A DNA stretch of 63,535 bases, filler included, from Octopus bimaculoides (taxonomy: Eukaryota), in the NCBI RefSeq assembly GCF_001194135.2. It is 6 parts of 6 records of this genome, joined end to end, with 100 filler letters (N's around TTAATTAATTAA, not from the genome) between each part and the next. Parts side by side here need not be neighbours in the genome. Positions count along the whole stretch, not along the records: positions 1 to 24,832 come from NC_068985.1; 5 more parts are not named here. One strand, given 5' to 3'. The translations under genes and the position numbers were made by a program. Each line of letters begins with the position of its first letter. The first letter of the stretch is position 1. The notes beneath the pieces were generated by a model that was given only the letters and a program-made list of their open reading frames with translations, ran no database searches and was not told where the DNA came from. Positions 11,796-24,033 of the stretch are shown piece by piece.

Positions 11796-12356
11796 CGATT
11801 CTGCACATTAACGTATCTTTCTCCGTACACTGTTGCACAACTACCCCAACTTTACTTAAAACCTTAGAAATTCTGGCTTCGATGCAACAGAATTGGAATA
11901 GCATCTGTTATATTCTCACCTTTCTTTCTTACCAGCAACACCAAGGAACTACAGCCAACCATTCACTCAATAATATGAACATATCTGGTATACAGTAAAC
12001 AAATATTCTAGGAAGTGTATATGCCTCAACAAGATTCATAACACATATAGAACACAGTACAGAAAATAAAATGCCTCATAAACATACTTAGATTAGGCAC
12101 AGTCCCCACATTAAGCCAAAAGAATAAACAATAACAATGATAATATCCGTAGCCACTTCGAACGGACTCTACTGCGATTTTTTAACCCCAAGAGGACATC
12201 TCCTCTAGCTAGTTAATGAAGCAGAGCTACATCCGATAAATTGCGAGCAGGGGGAGAGAACCCCTACCACCATCTAGCGACGGGACCAATAGACCAGTCC
12301 TGGTTTCATGCTATTTCTGCCACTCTCCGGTACTGGACACCTCGTCTGCTGCAGAT

Positions 12357-12401
12357 GGTACTGAAGAAGAAGCAAGAACTCCTGAAATATGCATATACAC
12401 C
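12357..12401 (+). ncRNA. Minimal type I hammerhead motif
   Basis: GGUA-CUGAAGA-AGAAG CAAGAA CUCCU-GAAA-UAUGCAUAU-A-CACC. AUAUGCAUAU is a perfect 10-nt palindrome (stem III) and the cleavage triplet is AUA. There is one mismatch each in stems I and II. Confidence 0.65.
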
Positions 12402-12445
12402 CCATTACCATTTTTATTATTTATTTTCATCATCGATTGCATTGT

Positions 12446-12480
12446 TTACATTAGGAGTATTCGGATGCGAAACGTTGTAA
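12446..12480 (+). ncRNA. Degenerate hammerhead motif
   Basis: UUAC-AUUAGGA-GUAU UCGG AUGC-GAAA-CGUU-GUAA. All three stems are intact, but the core has two substitutions relative to CUGANGA. Confidence 0.45.
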
Positions 12481-12739
12481 TAAATCAATGCTGGCCGTAA
12501 TTTTTTTTTAAAATCTGCCGAGATAAACTTGAAAAGTTATTTAATAGCACTGCCATCGCAGTTGCACAATAAGAATGATGTATAAACAATACATTAGATC
12601 CATTGTGGACAATGCTTGTCACATCTGAGCACTTAATCACTCCATAACAAATCACAAGAACAAACAAATAACACAGTAACACAATACAGTTCATTGCAAA
12701 TGGTCACACAGGCTGTTCACACAACGGAATAAAGACATT

Positions 12740-13129
12740 AAAACACACTGGCCGAAAAAACGATGAGCATGTACTTGATTGAGCTGCGGCTCTGTCATGC
12801 ACCCGTGCCACTCGAAACATTGTGCACGACCCCTTGCCTCGTCGCCGTAAGCTTGCCGAAGAATGCTCAATGTCTCTGTAGTAGACTTGCCAAGTTTAAC
12901 GTTCAATTGCACTTTGGCTCTTTGTTCTAACTTCCTGTCCATGACAAAAATCGCAGACTACCGCATACACGTGCTCACAAAATACAAATTTCACAACTTG
13001 CAAAGTAAACGCAGCGATGTCACACGATACGCAGCCTAATGGAGGTCACCGCTAACTCTCACTTGCGCGCGCAACTGTGTGCTGCCACCTGTTGGTGCGC
13101 TAGTCCGGTAACGTTTTGATACCACCTCG
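12740..13129 (-). mobile_element. Mariner (DD34D-type) remnant: 5' TIR and transposase N-terminus with internal deletion
   Basis: Reverse complement begins TA-CGAGGTGGTATCAAAACG. ORF MDRKLEQRAKVQLNVKLGKSTTETLSILRQAYGDEARGRAQCFEWH matches the mariner HTH; KYMLIVF follows in a shifted frame. Confidence 0.85.
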
Positions 13130-14133
13130 TATATAGACCATATATAAAAGTAACTGAAAAATCAGCTACTGAGAGACACACCACCGGCAGTATTTCCAAA
13201 GCAACACTAAATGTCGCTGTCTTACCGACTCCACTTTTGCCCGGCTTCTCTGTAATTACCATCAGAATCTATCAGGCCATCTACGCTTTCGAATCACTAA
13301 GTTACGGGACTTCATATTTATTACTCTATTCAAACTGTCCAACACTGTTATTGCTCTATTCTAAATATGCAAAATTCAAAATAAATTGACAAAGGTTATA
13401 GAGTTCAGTACTTTTTAACATTAGTACTTTCATGACTATATCATATATCATTCGTATTTCGCTCATCTTATTTTAAACATACGTTGTCTGTTACTATCGT
13501 AGTTTCATCAAAAGTGTTTTATTAGTTTTTCTTCCAAGGATTTATTACTTTTGAAATAGTCTTTATATTCTTGTGTAATACTGTATTACTACGACAAAGC
13601 TACAAAATAAATACATAAATGCAAGTGGCCAGAAATCCAAAGGACCAAATGCATATTACGCTGTATTTCGCTATATACTCATAAACTAAAAAGTCGCCAT
13701 GTAGTCTACAACAAAACTTCAAATAAACACAAGTTATGTAAGATGAAAGATTTCAAAACAAAAGCCAGCTAAACGTAACGTAGTTTTACCAATCCTAAGA
13801 TCAAACTAGACTTATACAAACTAAGCTCTGCGGTACGTCGTTTCTTGCAATAGTTAATATGCTAATACCAAAAAGAAATTGTCCAGCTAATCGATATTGC
13901 AACTTACAGTACATCTAACTGCAGAAGAGTGTTGGAAAATCCGCTGGAAGATACAAATAACACTGGATCTAACAAGAAAACTTGCTAAAGGGGTGCTGTA
14001 TAGATATCTGGGTGTTTGAAGTAAGTAATGTAAATCAACGACTCATCTGTCACTTCTGTAATGTTCCTGGTACTAAAAGTGGCAAGTGTAGTTTCAAATG
14101 GTGATAAAAAATACTAGAAAAATGTTAACATAC

Positions 14134-14344
14134 TATATCTCGGGAGGGTTATTATGTCAGCAATAAGCACATGTACTGGTTTTATTCCACTTCTATTATT
14201 ATTAATCAATTAGTTAACCATTTAACCAATTTGTTAATTGATTGTTTGATCGATTAATCGTCAGCTAGTTTGTCAATCAACTGGTTTGTCAGTCTTTTTG
14301 TCACCATTCACAACTGTATCCATGACATACACTCTTTATTCCAG
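14134..14344. repeat. Left arm of an about 210-bp inverted repeat (partner 15973-16185)
   Basis: gggagggttattatgtcag...gtcaccattcacaactgtatccatgacatac matches the reverse complement of 15973-16185 with scattered mismatches. Confidence 0.85.
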
Positions 14345-15396
14345 ATTTGCTTCAGGTCTTAGTAAAGTTACGCTATTTCGTCTTTCACAAGTACATATAT
14401 GATCCGTGATGTCAGATAACATTGAACTCATGCAAAAAGAAACTAAATAAATCAAACTCTTTTAATACGTATTGCACCTAGAATGATAGGTGTCATAAGT
14501 GAAATGTTGTTTTCATGCAGAGTATGACTAGAGTAAAACAGCTTGATAAAGCTCATGTTTCCTTCATATTGAAATGAACTCGGCAAGAGACTGAATTACC
14601 AGCCAACAAGGGAGCTTATATGTGATAGTTAGTCCTGCTAGATTTTGCAGTAAAATTCCTTCAAACTATACTCTGTAGTCTCAAGCAAGGAACACATTAA
14701 ATAATGTAGCTCTCGGTATGTAATGTCTGAGTAAACGACTGGATTGCCCAGGCTGAAATACTATTGATCATGGGTTACATCAATCACGGATGGCCTGAGA
14801 CTGAACAAAACAACTGAAATACGCGTTCATTTTGCTGTGTAGCAGCTTTTTACAACAGTGACCTTTTGTTATCCCGTGATACTATTTCATTGCAAGGAGA
14901 GTACACAATATGAAGCGAAAGGAGGCGGAGAGACAAATGAGCTTGGAAAGCTTGAATAGGAATGATAGGAGCAAACTGGCTCTGAAGAGTAGGGACCCTG
15001 TTGTAGTGCCAAAAAACTGAGGAAGAGGAGAAAGTACGCCTGTGAGTCTAAGTTGTAGTAACTGTATTAGTAAGCGAACTGGTGTCAATCAATCGAACAG
15101 CCTTCCTTTGGGGACAGACATGCAAGCCACAGGATAGTCGCTTGTTAGTCCAACAATGAAGTAATCCCACAGTCTGTACTCCCTAAAACAAAAAAAAGAA
15201 ACACTACCTTAGTTCTAAATGGGTCAGTGTGAAGGAGTTCTACGCTCATGCTATATGCTAGGAGGCTATTTCTCGCTTGCTACGACTGAATATTTGAAAT
15301 GAAATAGTACAACTATGGAGAATTGAACTCGTGTCTCATTTGCATCTACACACATGTTTAGATTAATTTCACAATTTTCAACAAATGTTTACAATA

Positions 15397-15487
<91 letters not shown>

Positions 15488-15972
15488 TGGATTTTAGTCA
15501 TAGGGAATTGGAATCTTAAAAATGGATTTACAAATGCAATGACCAATCTTAAAGACTATTGGATTTTGCTCACAAGGTATTGGAATCTTATATGTATACC
15601 ATTCTGCCTAAACAATGGATTTACAAATNNNNNNNNNNNNNNNNNNNNNNNNNNNNNNNNNNNNNNNNNNNNNNNNNNNNNNNNNNNNNNNNNNNNNNNN
15701 NNNNNNNNNNNNNNNNNNNNNNNNNNNNNNNNNNNNNNNNNNNNNNNNNNNNNNNNNNNNNNNNNNNNNNNNNNNNNNNNNNNNNNNNNNNNNNNNNNNN
15801 NNNNNNNNNNNNNNNNNNNNNNNNNNNNNNNNNNNNNNNNNNNNNNNNNNNNNNNNNNNNNNNNNNNNNNNNNNNNNNNNNNNNNNNNNNNNNNNNNNNN
15901 NNNNNNNNNNNNNNNNNNNNNNNNNNNNNNNNNNNNNNNNNNNNNNNNNNNNNNNTATATATATATATAAAT

Positions 15973-16185
15973 TTGGAACAATGAGAGTATGTCATGGATA
16001 CAGTTGTGAATGGTGACAAGCAGACTATGATAAATTAGTTGATTGACTAACTGGCTGAAGATTAATCAATCAAACAATCAATTAACTAATTGGTTAAATG
16101 GTTAACTAATTGATTAATAATAATAGAAGTGAAATAGAGTTAGTACGTGTGCTTATTACTGACATAATAACCCTCCCGATATATA
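15973..16185. repeat. Right arm of the about 210-bp inverted repeat (partner 14134-14344)
   Basis: gtatgtcatggatacagttgtgaatggtgac...ctgacataataaccctcccga. Confidence 0.85.
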
Positions 16186-18344
16186 TATATAGATCAATGT
16201 TATATATATATATCTATATATGTTTAATGCATTTAATTAGGTTTGTATTTTGCTATTAATACAGCTTCCAGAGTTTAGTGTTTTTCAATCAAGTTTATTT
16301 TTGTGTACTGCATAACAACGTTTTACAATGGTTTTTTATTGTAAATATATATAGTTAACCGATGACAAAATGCTGTGTATGTGTGTCCAATGTAGTAATT
16401 TGATTGAGGATGTTTACAACTGTCATGCTTGCATTAAAAGTTGTACATTACATTGGTCGCCTGAAGTACTTTCGGTGGCTTTCTCGTTTATGGCCTTTTG
16501 TATGTAAGAAGACTTTTCATATTATAGTGTACAATGTATTTTCGTTTTGAGTTTGTGCTTACGTGTGGTGAAGGTTATGTTCTATTCGATGAGTTTCAAA
16601 TACAGCACTCTTACAAGGAAGGCTGTTCCTTATTTTCACACACAAATACTCAAATTTGTGTGTGTGTGTCTGTGTGTGTGTCTCTGTGTGTGTACTTTGA
16701 CATTTGTTCCATGTAAACAAGGCTGTCATGTGAGTATTAACTTAGACTATAGTCACTCTAAAATAAAATACATCATTCAAGCATCTCTTTGCTGTCATTT
16801 CAACAATAGCGTTTACTTTTTAGAATGTTCTATTCTAATATTTCTGTTTCGTCAGTTTAAAAAGTTGAAAATTGTTTTCTTTTCATTGAATTTTAAGCCA
16901 TTTAATGTGACGTCAATGGCGACATTAATGGCAACGATGATGTCAAAGGAATGGCGACAGCAACGACTGTAACGACAGCAACAACAACAATATCAGTAAA
17001 CATTAAAGTAGATCAATGTTATACTATATCTTCATTTCAGTTTATTTATTTAGTTGACATTTTACCACTCAGTGCAGACCCAAAAGTGAACATCCTTGCT
17101 AATTATAGTCCATCCCCTTTTGCAGAGGTTGTTGTTTAGTGACCCTAAAGGGAGAACTGCCAGATATTTAGCACATATAAAGTAATTATTTATCTATTGT
17201 TGTTTTTCGAATTTGTTGTCGTTGATGTTTGAAGTAGACGCACACAGTTTCACAGAACACGGCTTAAGAGATATTTTCCAGGATTACTTAATTTAAAAAA
17301 AAATGCATTGCTTTGGTAGTCTTTACACTCAAGGGATTTCGAATAAATGAATGTCCATTCCATTTATCTGAATCAGAAAAAACATTTTAACATTAGCCGT
17401 TTTATAGTATGTGCATGTTTTGCAAGCTTATATTTTTGGTGTTCTTTATTAGGAAATGCTAACTTCAAGGATATTAGAAGTGCATAGGGTCTTCAAATTT
17501 AATAAAGATAGGCAAGTATAATCAAAATGACAATCAACAAACATGCAGTTATAAATACATTGAAAATTTAACGATTGAAAACGCAAATTTAAATGGTATT
17601 AACAAAAGACCTACCAACAACAACTCATCCTTTGCAAACGCTACTAAATCACAAGGAACTACTTGATAGAAGCCAGTCCAGGGAAAGAAGGCATAGACGA
17701 AGTAAGTCACATGGGCCCGTGGATCATTGCCTGACTAATTTACCCAGTAAATAACGAGAGGGAAGATAAAATTCCTCTGTTCTCAAGAAATAAAGGACGC
17801 TTCCATATGATATCGAAACATGTGTTGGAACTATCTCTAGTCGATGTGAATATAGTTTCTAGTCGATATGTATATAGCCTCAAGCCGATGTGTGTATAGG
17901 TAGACAACAGGGGTTTTGACCTTATTGAGAACAAAATGGTAGAGAGTGGATAATAAACAACCCAATAGCATATCAACAGTTAAAGTTCAACTACCAATGA
18001 GAACGTCGTAGGTTCCATCCTTTGGGCAACACCAAAGAGGCTCACAATCACATTCCGAAGTACAAGACAGTAGTAACCAAAACAAGTTTTGTTGGAATCA
18101 TGTTGTGCCACGATTACACCAAAATGGCAGCTTCTCACTTTTTGTGGGTAGGCTGCTCTTGTTTGTTAAATGTATTGAAACTTTAACACATCTTAAAATG
18201 CTGTATCACGTTTCTGTCCTCTGTCTCATTGATCTGTGTGTGTGTGTGTGTGCGTGCGTGCATGTGTATGTGTGTGTGCGTGTGTGTGTATGTATGTGTG
18301 CACCTTCATGTATATAAATGCCTATATGTTAGTATCTGTGCGTC

Positions 18345-18552
18345 TGTTTTCATCAACATCACTCGCCACCGCTTGACAACCAGTGTTGGTTTGTTTATGT
18401 CTCTGTAACCTAGCGGTTCCACAAAAAAAAGGCTGATAGAATAATATCAGTACTGTAAGTCGGTTTGTTGGACTAAAACCTTTCAAGGTGGTCTCCCAGC
18501 AGGGCTACATTCCAATGACCGAAACAAGTAAAAGATATAAGATATAAGATAA
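18345..18552 (+). mobile_element. SINE family B, 3' half (diverged)
   Basis: ccaccgcttgacaaccagtgttgg...gaaacaagtaaaagata tail. Confidence 0.75.
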
Positions 18553-19269
18553 AATCCTATCTAGAAATAAACACCAGAAATTCGTTTAATATTTACCGAA
18601 GTGGACATACTTAGAAATGTGATGGAATAGCGATTATTTCAATTAAGCTTCTCGTGCTAATATCAACGTTATCTTGATTACTTATTTAAATACATAAAAA
18701 CGCACTTAATAATTATTGGGTACAAATTTTTGAGTTCCCTTCAAAAATATTTTCGAAGATCAAAAGGAAAAATGTTATATTTATTCTTTACGGTTGATTG
18801 GCTCCCGTTACCTATTAGGTAATAAGTAAATAGTCACTTTATTTAACTTGTAGTTGTTATTGGCGTTTTGTTAATGGTGGTGGTGGTGGTGGTGGCGGCG
18901 GCGGAGGCGGTGGAGGCGGCGGCGGGTGGTGGTGCTGGTGGTGCTGGTGGTGCTGGTATAGGGTGATGGTGGTGGTACGGGGTGGTGGTGGTATGGGGTG
19001 TTGGCGGTGGGGGTAGCTGTGCATGACCTTAAGTTTTCTCTGACTCGGTTGGCTAATGATCAAAGATATTCATACTATGGCTATTACACCTTATATGTTC
19101 TGGGTAAAGTGTACCCCGGACTATATTATCCTCAGGATTTGATCTGAAGGAGATTTAACTGCTATTTCTGGTATAAGCAACGACCATATTGAAACTTCTT
19201 CATTGACTACTATTAATTAGTTAATTGCAATTCTACAGGCGTGAATAATTATTTGGCGGTTGTAAGTCG

Positions 19270-19475
19270 GTTGAATGGCAAAATCGTTAGAGTGTCGAAC
19301 AAAATGCTTTGCCATATTTTATTACTACTCTTTACATTTTAAGTTCAAATCCCACCGGGATCAGCTTTGTCTTTCATCCTTTTGGGGGTCGATAAAGTCA
19401 CGTACCTATCAAGTACGAAAGTACCGCTTTCTCACCACCGTCAAATCCCAAATCTTGTTCCTATGCTAGAAACAA
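19270..19475 (+). mobile_element. SINE family A, diverged
   Basis: gaatggcaaaatcgttagagtgtcg...aagttcaaatccc...tttcatccttttgggggtcgataaa. Confidence 0.7.
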
Positions 19476-19810
19476 TGTTTATATTGTAGTTATGGTTAGA
19501 CGCTTATCGTGAGGTCGTTTCTAATCGTGCAGATTTATGATAAAAGGCATTCTAACCATGGCCATCCCTTCTGTTTGTCTTTTATTTTATCTCAGATCTT
19601 AGACTACATTATCTGATAAAACCCATTATTTTAAAGAGAGTACTGTGTTACTAGAGATTTGGTCGTTATTTCTAGCGAATCTAGCGGCCACATGACGACT
19701 TATTATAACTGTTTAACAGGAGGCTTATCTTGATCGAGAATACCTTTGAACACAGTCGTTCCGTCCATGACAAATCCAGTTGTTTATAACCAAGGATTAC
19801 ATTTATACAA

Positions 19811-19892
19811 TTTCTTTTACTTGTTTCAGTCACTGGACTGCGGCCATGCTGGAGCACCGGCTTTAAGAGTTTAAAACGGAATGAATCGACCC
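19811..19892 (-). mobile_element. SINE family B, 3' fragment
   Basis: cttttacttgtttcagtcactggactgcggccatgctggagcacc. Confidence 0.8.
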
Positions 19893-20049
19893 ACCACCAC
19901 CACCACCACCAGTGCTTCCGTTTTGTCTTTTGTCCTTTTTTAAAGTTTGGTACACAGCCTATCGCTAATTCTGTCAAACTGCTAGTTTGCGAGAACCTAA
20001 ACAAACCACTCTGTGTGTGTGTGTTGTGGGGGGGGGGAGTGCATGCTTG

Positions 20050-20290
20050 TGTGTGTGTGTTTGTTTATGATTGTCCCCCACCAACGCTTGACAACCGGTG
20101 CCGATGTATTTACGTTCCNNNNNNNNNNTCCCCCACCAACGCTTGACAACCGGTGCCGATGTATTTACGTTCCCGCAGATTAGCGGTTTGGGCGAGAAAA
20201 TAAGTACTAAGTCTTTAAAAAAAAGACAGTACTGGGATCGATTCATTAGACTAAAAATTCTTCAAGCATAGCCGCGGGCTAAAAGACTTA
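20050..20290 (+). mobile_element. SINE family B, 3' half spanning a 10-N gap
   Basis: ccccaccaacgcttgacaaccggtg...ttagcggtttgg...aataagtact. Confidence 0.75.
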
Positions 20291-20796
20291 AACAAACGAA
20301 AAAAAGTGTATATAATGCATATATGTAATATGTAAGTATATATATATGTATATATACATGTATGTATATATGCATCTATTTATATANNNNNNNNNNNNNN
20401 NNNNNNNNNNNNNNNNNNNNNNNNNNNNNNNNNNNNNNNNNNNNNNNNNNNNNNNNNNNNNNNNNNNNNNNNNNNNNNNNNNNNNNNNNNNNNNNNNNNN
20501 NNNNNNNNNNNNNNNNNNNNNNNNNNNNNNNNNNNNNNNNNNNNNNNNNNNNNNNNNNNNNNNNNNNNNNNNNNNNNNNNNNNNNNNNNNNNNNNNNNNN
20601 NNNNNNNNNNNNNNNNNNNNNNNNNNNNNNNNNNNNNNNNNNNNNNNNNNNNNNNNNNNNNNNNNNNNNNNNNNNNNNNNNNNNNNNNNNNNNNNNNNNN
20701 NNNNNNNNNNNNNNNNNNNNNNNNNNNNNNNNNNNNNNNNNNNNNNNNNNNNNNNNNNNNNNNNNNNNNNNNNNNNNNNNNNNNNNNNNNNNNNNN

Positions 20797-20833
<37 letters not shown>

Positions 20834-21568
20834 GGGGGAGAGAGAGAGAGAGAGAGACATATTTACACACAACGGACTTCTTTCGGTTTCCATCTGCCAA
20901 ACTGGTCGGTCTGTGGCTGTAGAAGAACAAACTCACCCAAGGTGCCGCCGCGCAATGAGACTGGACCAGAAAACACAAGGTAGCAGCCATGCCCGCTCAA
21001 ATGTTTCTGTAAGATGTCAGGTAGAGTAATATTAAGGAGACTTCGTTGTTATTTTTAGCATGCTGAGTAACCACGTAGGATTTCTCCTCCATTTGCTCGT
21101 TTTCTCATTATGTTATTTTGATAGTTGTAGATGAAAGGAACGTAAAGTATTGACCCAGAAGCTTGTTTTGACAGGTTAAAGACATACGTTATGAGCTAAT
21201 GATACTGCATGACTTTATTATTGCAGGTTACAGATCTAAGGCTTCAATTAGATCTGTTAAATATTTTACAAATACTTGTGTTTACTTCGAAAATAGACAC
21301 TTAGTGAAACAGATTGGAATTTTAACTTGGGTTTTGCGTGACGTCTCCTGCTTAGAGTCACTTCTAAATGTCTTTAGAATTACAATACTATCAACTACGA
21401 TGCACACTTCCCAGGTTGTATATGCGTGTGCTTGTGTGTGTGTGTGTGTGTGCGTGTGTGTGTGTGTGTATGTATGTATGTATACACACAGAGAGAGAAA
21501 GTGAGAGACTTATATCTGCAGATATATACATGCATATGCATATATCTGAACATAGATATATTAGCGTG

Positions 21569-21619
<51 letters not shown>

Positions 21620-21873
21620 GCGTATGTATGCATGTATGTATATATATATATATATATATAGGTTAATTGAGTTACAAGTTGAAATAACTGTCTAAAGGAT
21701 AGAAGTATCCATTACACTACCGAGATATTACCTATGTTAACCATGGGCATACATATGCAAGCATATTATGCTTAGAAATTATAGGTGAAGACAAGGATAA
21801 ACATGAGTTTATCAAGACCCAAAATTTAAAGAAGATAGAAAATGAAGAAATATCGCTGATATATATATATATG

Positions 21874-21913
<40 letters not shown>

Positions 21914-22179
21914 CGTGTAGCTGTGTAAATATGTATATACATATATGTGTGTGTATATACAATATATCTATCTATATATATGTGTGCGTGTGTGTGTGTG
22001 TGTATACATATTCATATGTATATACATACACACATATACCTAAATGCTTGTGTGTGTACCTATGTACATATGGGAGTAAAAGTGTATATGTGTTTGTCAA
22101 TGTGTGGACAAAAAAAGGAAGGTAGAGAAAGAAGGGGAGAGAGGGGAAGACAGAAAGCGAGAGAGAAAAGAACACACAC

Positions 22180-22397
22180 ATTCTTTTCTACACTAGACAC
22201 AAGGCCCGACATTTTTGGGGAGTGGAGCCAGTCGATTACATCAATCCCAGTACGCAACCGGTACTTAATTTATCGACCCCGGAAGGTTGAAAGGCAAAGT
22301 CGACCTCGGCGGAATTTGAACTCAGAATATAAAGACAGACGAAATACAGTTAAGCATTTCGCCCAGCGTGCTAACGTTTCTGCCAGCTCACCGTCTT
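22180..22397 (-). mobile_element. SINE family A, near full length (tail variant ii)
   Basis: Reverse complement runs from the head aagacggtgagctggcagaaacgttagcacg to the tail gggccttgtgtctagtgtagaaaagaat. Confidence 0.9.
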
Positions 22398-22639
22398 AGA
22401 ACACACGCATCTTGTTAGAAGTATGCATAATCCAATAATTAGTAAGATATCTACAATTTTTGTTTTGTACGCAATAACTATGGTTTTTCAGTTTGGTATC
22501 ATTTCTATTTGATAGACAGTTGCCATAGTTTCTAAAAACGTTGAATAATTCATTCATATAGGTCCTGCATGAATCATGATGTGTATACAAGCATTATATA
22601 CAACGCTCTTGGTTTTTTTGGGGAATTTATTAACCCTGT

Positions 22640-22910
22640 ATTTTAAGCGAAAAATAGCCATGTTGTTGTCGTGTCTACCCACTATGCTATTTGGATTTTG
22701 GCGTACCCCGGTCACAACTGCCAATATTACTCACAAACCAATTCTCATTGGATGGAGGCAGATATTGAACATTTGTAATGGATTACCTACTTCATTGCTA
22801 ATAAAGTATACTTGATGTCTCCCATGGTTCGTAACTTCGTGGCCACTCTGTATATGATTGGTATTTATGTAGACGACTCAATTGCCATGTACGAACATCT
22901 AAAAGAGTAA
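22640..22910 (+). pseudogene. Possible heavily deleted Penelope-type reverse transcriptase remnant
   Basis: One frame with a single internal stop reads DIEHL*WITYFIANKVYLMSPMVRNFVATLYMIGIYVDDSIAMYEH, with YVDD at 22866-22877. It resembles the PLE RT SP..ANLYM...YVDD region with deletions. Confidence 0.35.
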
Positions 22911-23130
22911 CGATGTCTTGACCGAAGGTACTTTCTATCTACAGACCTTCTACTTATGGGCCCAGCACTTTTCCACTGCTCCACTAGTGATTATGCAACT
23001 TTATAATGTCTTATATAATTTCTTATATCGTCTGTTCTGTTACGTCCACCATATGTTGTTTTTATATTTCGTGATAGCCTTTGTTTTGTTTTGTTTTTCT
23101 TTCTTTGCCAAATAAACACATGCACTATAT

Positions 23131-23347
23131 AATCGTTCTTCACTTCAGCTTTATTTTTTATTTATTTTAGTGCTCTTTGATTGAAATCTTTCGTCACATA
23201 TCCTGTAATTTCTTCACTGACACTCTATCCCATATGTCTCCTCCTGTTCTGGAGAATCGTTGAAGTTTTTAAAGGATGTGTGATGAAAGATTTCAGACAA
23301 AGGACACTAAAATAAAGACAATGATAAATCTGAAGTGAAGAACGAAT
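23131..23347. mobile_element. PLE-style inverted pLTR remnant (about 72-bp arms) with a degenerate hammerhead
   Basis: 23131-23203 pairs with 23274-23347. Minus strand 23222-23178 reads UGUCA-GUGAAGA-A-AUUACA GGAUA UGUGAC-GAAA-GAUUUC-AAUCA; the other arm supplies AGACA for stem I. Confidence 0.45.
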
Positions 23348-23404
23348 ACATAGCGCGTTTGTCTATTTTGTAAAAGAAGGAAAAAGTGACCGTCCCGAAA
23401 TATA

Positions 23405-24033
23405 CGAGGGTGAGTCAAAAAGTAATACCATTTAGATTAGGACAGGTATAATTACCAGCACAGGAACATGTATCATACATCAAAATGAAGCTGGTTTTCT
23501 GTGGATCATATCCCTACCTCTCAACATAGTCACCGTTTCTCACAATAGCAATGTTCCACCTTCGAATGAGAACGTGTATCCCTGCCCCGTAAAATTCTGT
23601 TGACTGTTCTTTGAGCCACTTCTTCACTACAGTTTTCACNNNNNNNNNNAATGAGAACGTGTATCCCTGCCCCGTAAAATTCTGTTGACTGTTCTTTGAG
23701 CCACTTCTTCACTACAGTTTTCACTTCCTCACTGGAATAATGTTTGCCTCTCAAACCCTCTTTCATGGGCCCGAAGAGATGATAGTCCAGTGACGAGGAA
23801 GTGAAAACTAGTGAAGAAGTGACTCAAAGAACAGTCAACAGAATTTTACGGGGCAGGGATACACGTTCTCATTCGAAGGTGAAACATTGCTATTAAGAGA
23901 AACGGTGACTATGTTGAGAAGTAAGGATGTGATCCACAGAGGACCAACTTCATTTTGATGTATGATACATGTTCCTGTGTTGGTAATTATACCTGTCCTA
24001 ATCTAAATGGTATTACTTTTTGACTCACCCACG
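23405..24033. mobile_element. Foldback non-autonomous mariner built from two inverted transposase 3' ends
   Basis: TA-CGAGGGTGAGTCAAAAAGTAAT ... ATTACTTTTTGACTCACCCACG-TA. The arms encode DYHLFGPMKEGLRGKHYSS-EEVKTVVKKWLKEQSTEFY...NGDYVEK*; the inversion junction is at 23787/23788. Confidence 0.9.

Larger units (their letters stand above)
11880..12480 (+). mobile_element. 5'-truncated Penelope-like element: degenerate GIY-YIG C-terminus plus 3' pLTR
   Basis: Frameshifted peptides TANHSLNNMNISGIQ and VQKIKCLINILRLGTVPTL resemble the PLE GIY-YIG tail (NHS..DM.I.G / KEQ.LIF.LGT..P). Hammerhead motifs follow at 12357 and 12446. Confidence 0.55.

Noticed and set aside
13925-14020. Exon-like segment with a gtaagt donor and YRYLGV
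   Set aside because: All three frames contain stops before the donor; possibly an old RT remnant, but unsupported.
15485-15628. 72-nt periodicity suggesting a leucine-rich-repeat exon (LDFSH/LDFAH)
   Set aside because: The LRR-like frame has stops in both units and no frame is consistent; treated as a degenerate minisatellite.
20076-20172. Apparent tandem duplication across a 10-N gap (also about 23586-23700)
   Set aside because: Identical sequence on both sides of a minimal gap is an unmerged contig overlap.
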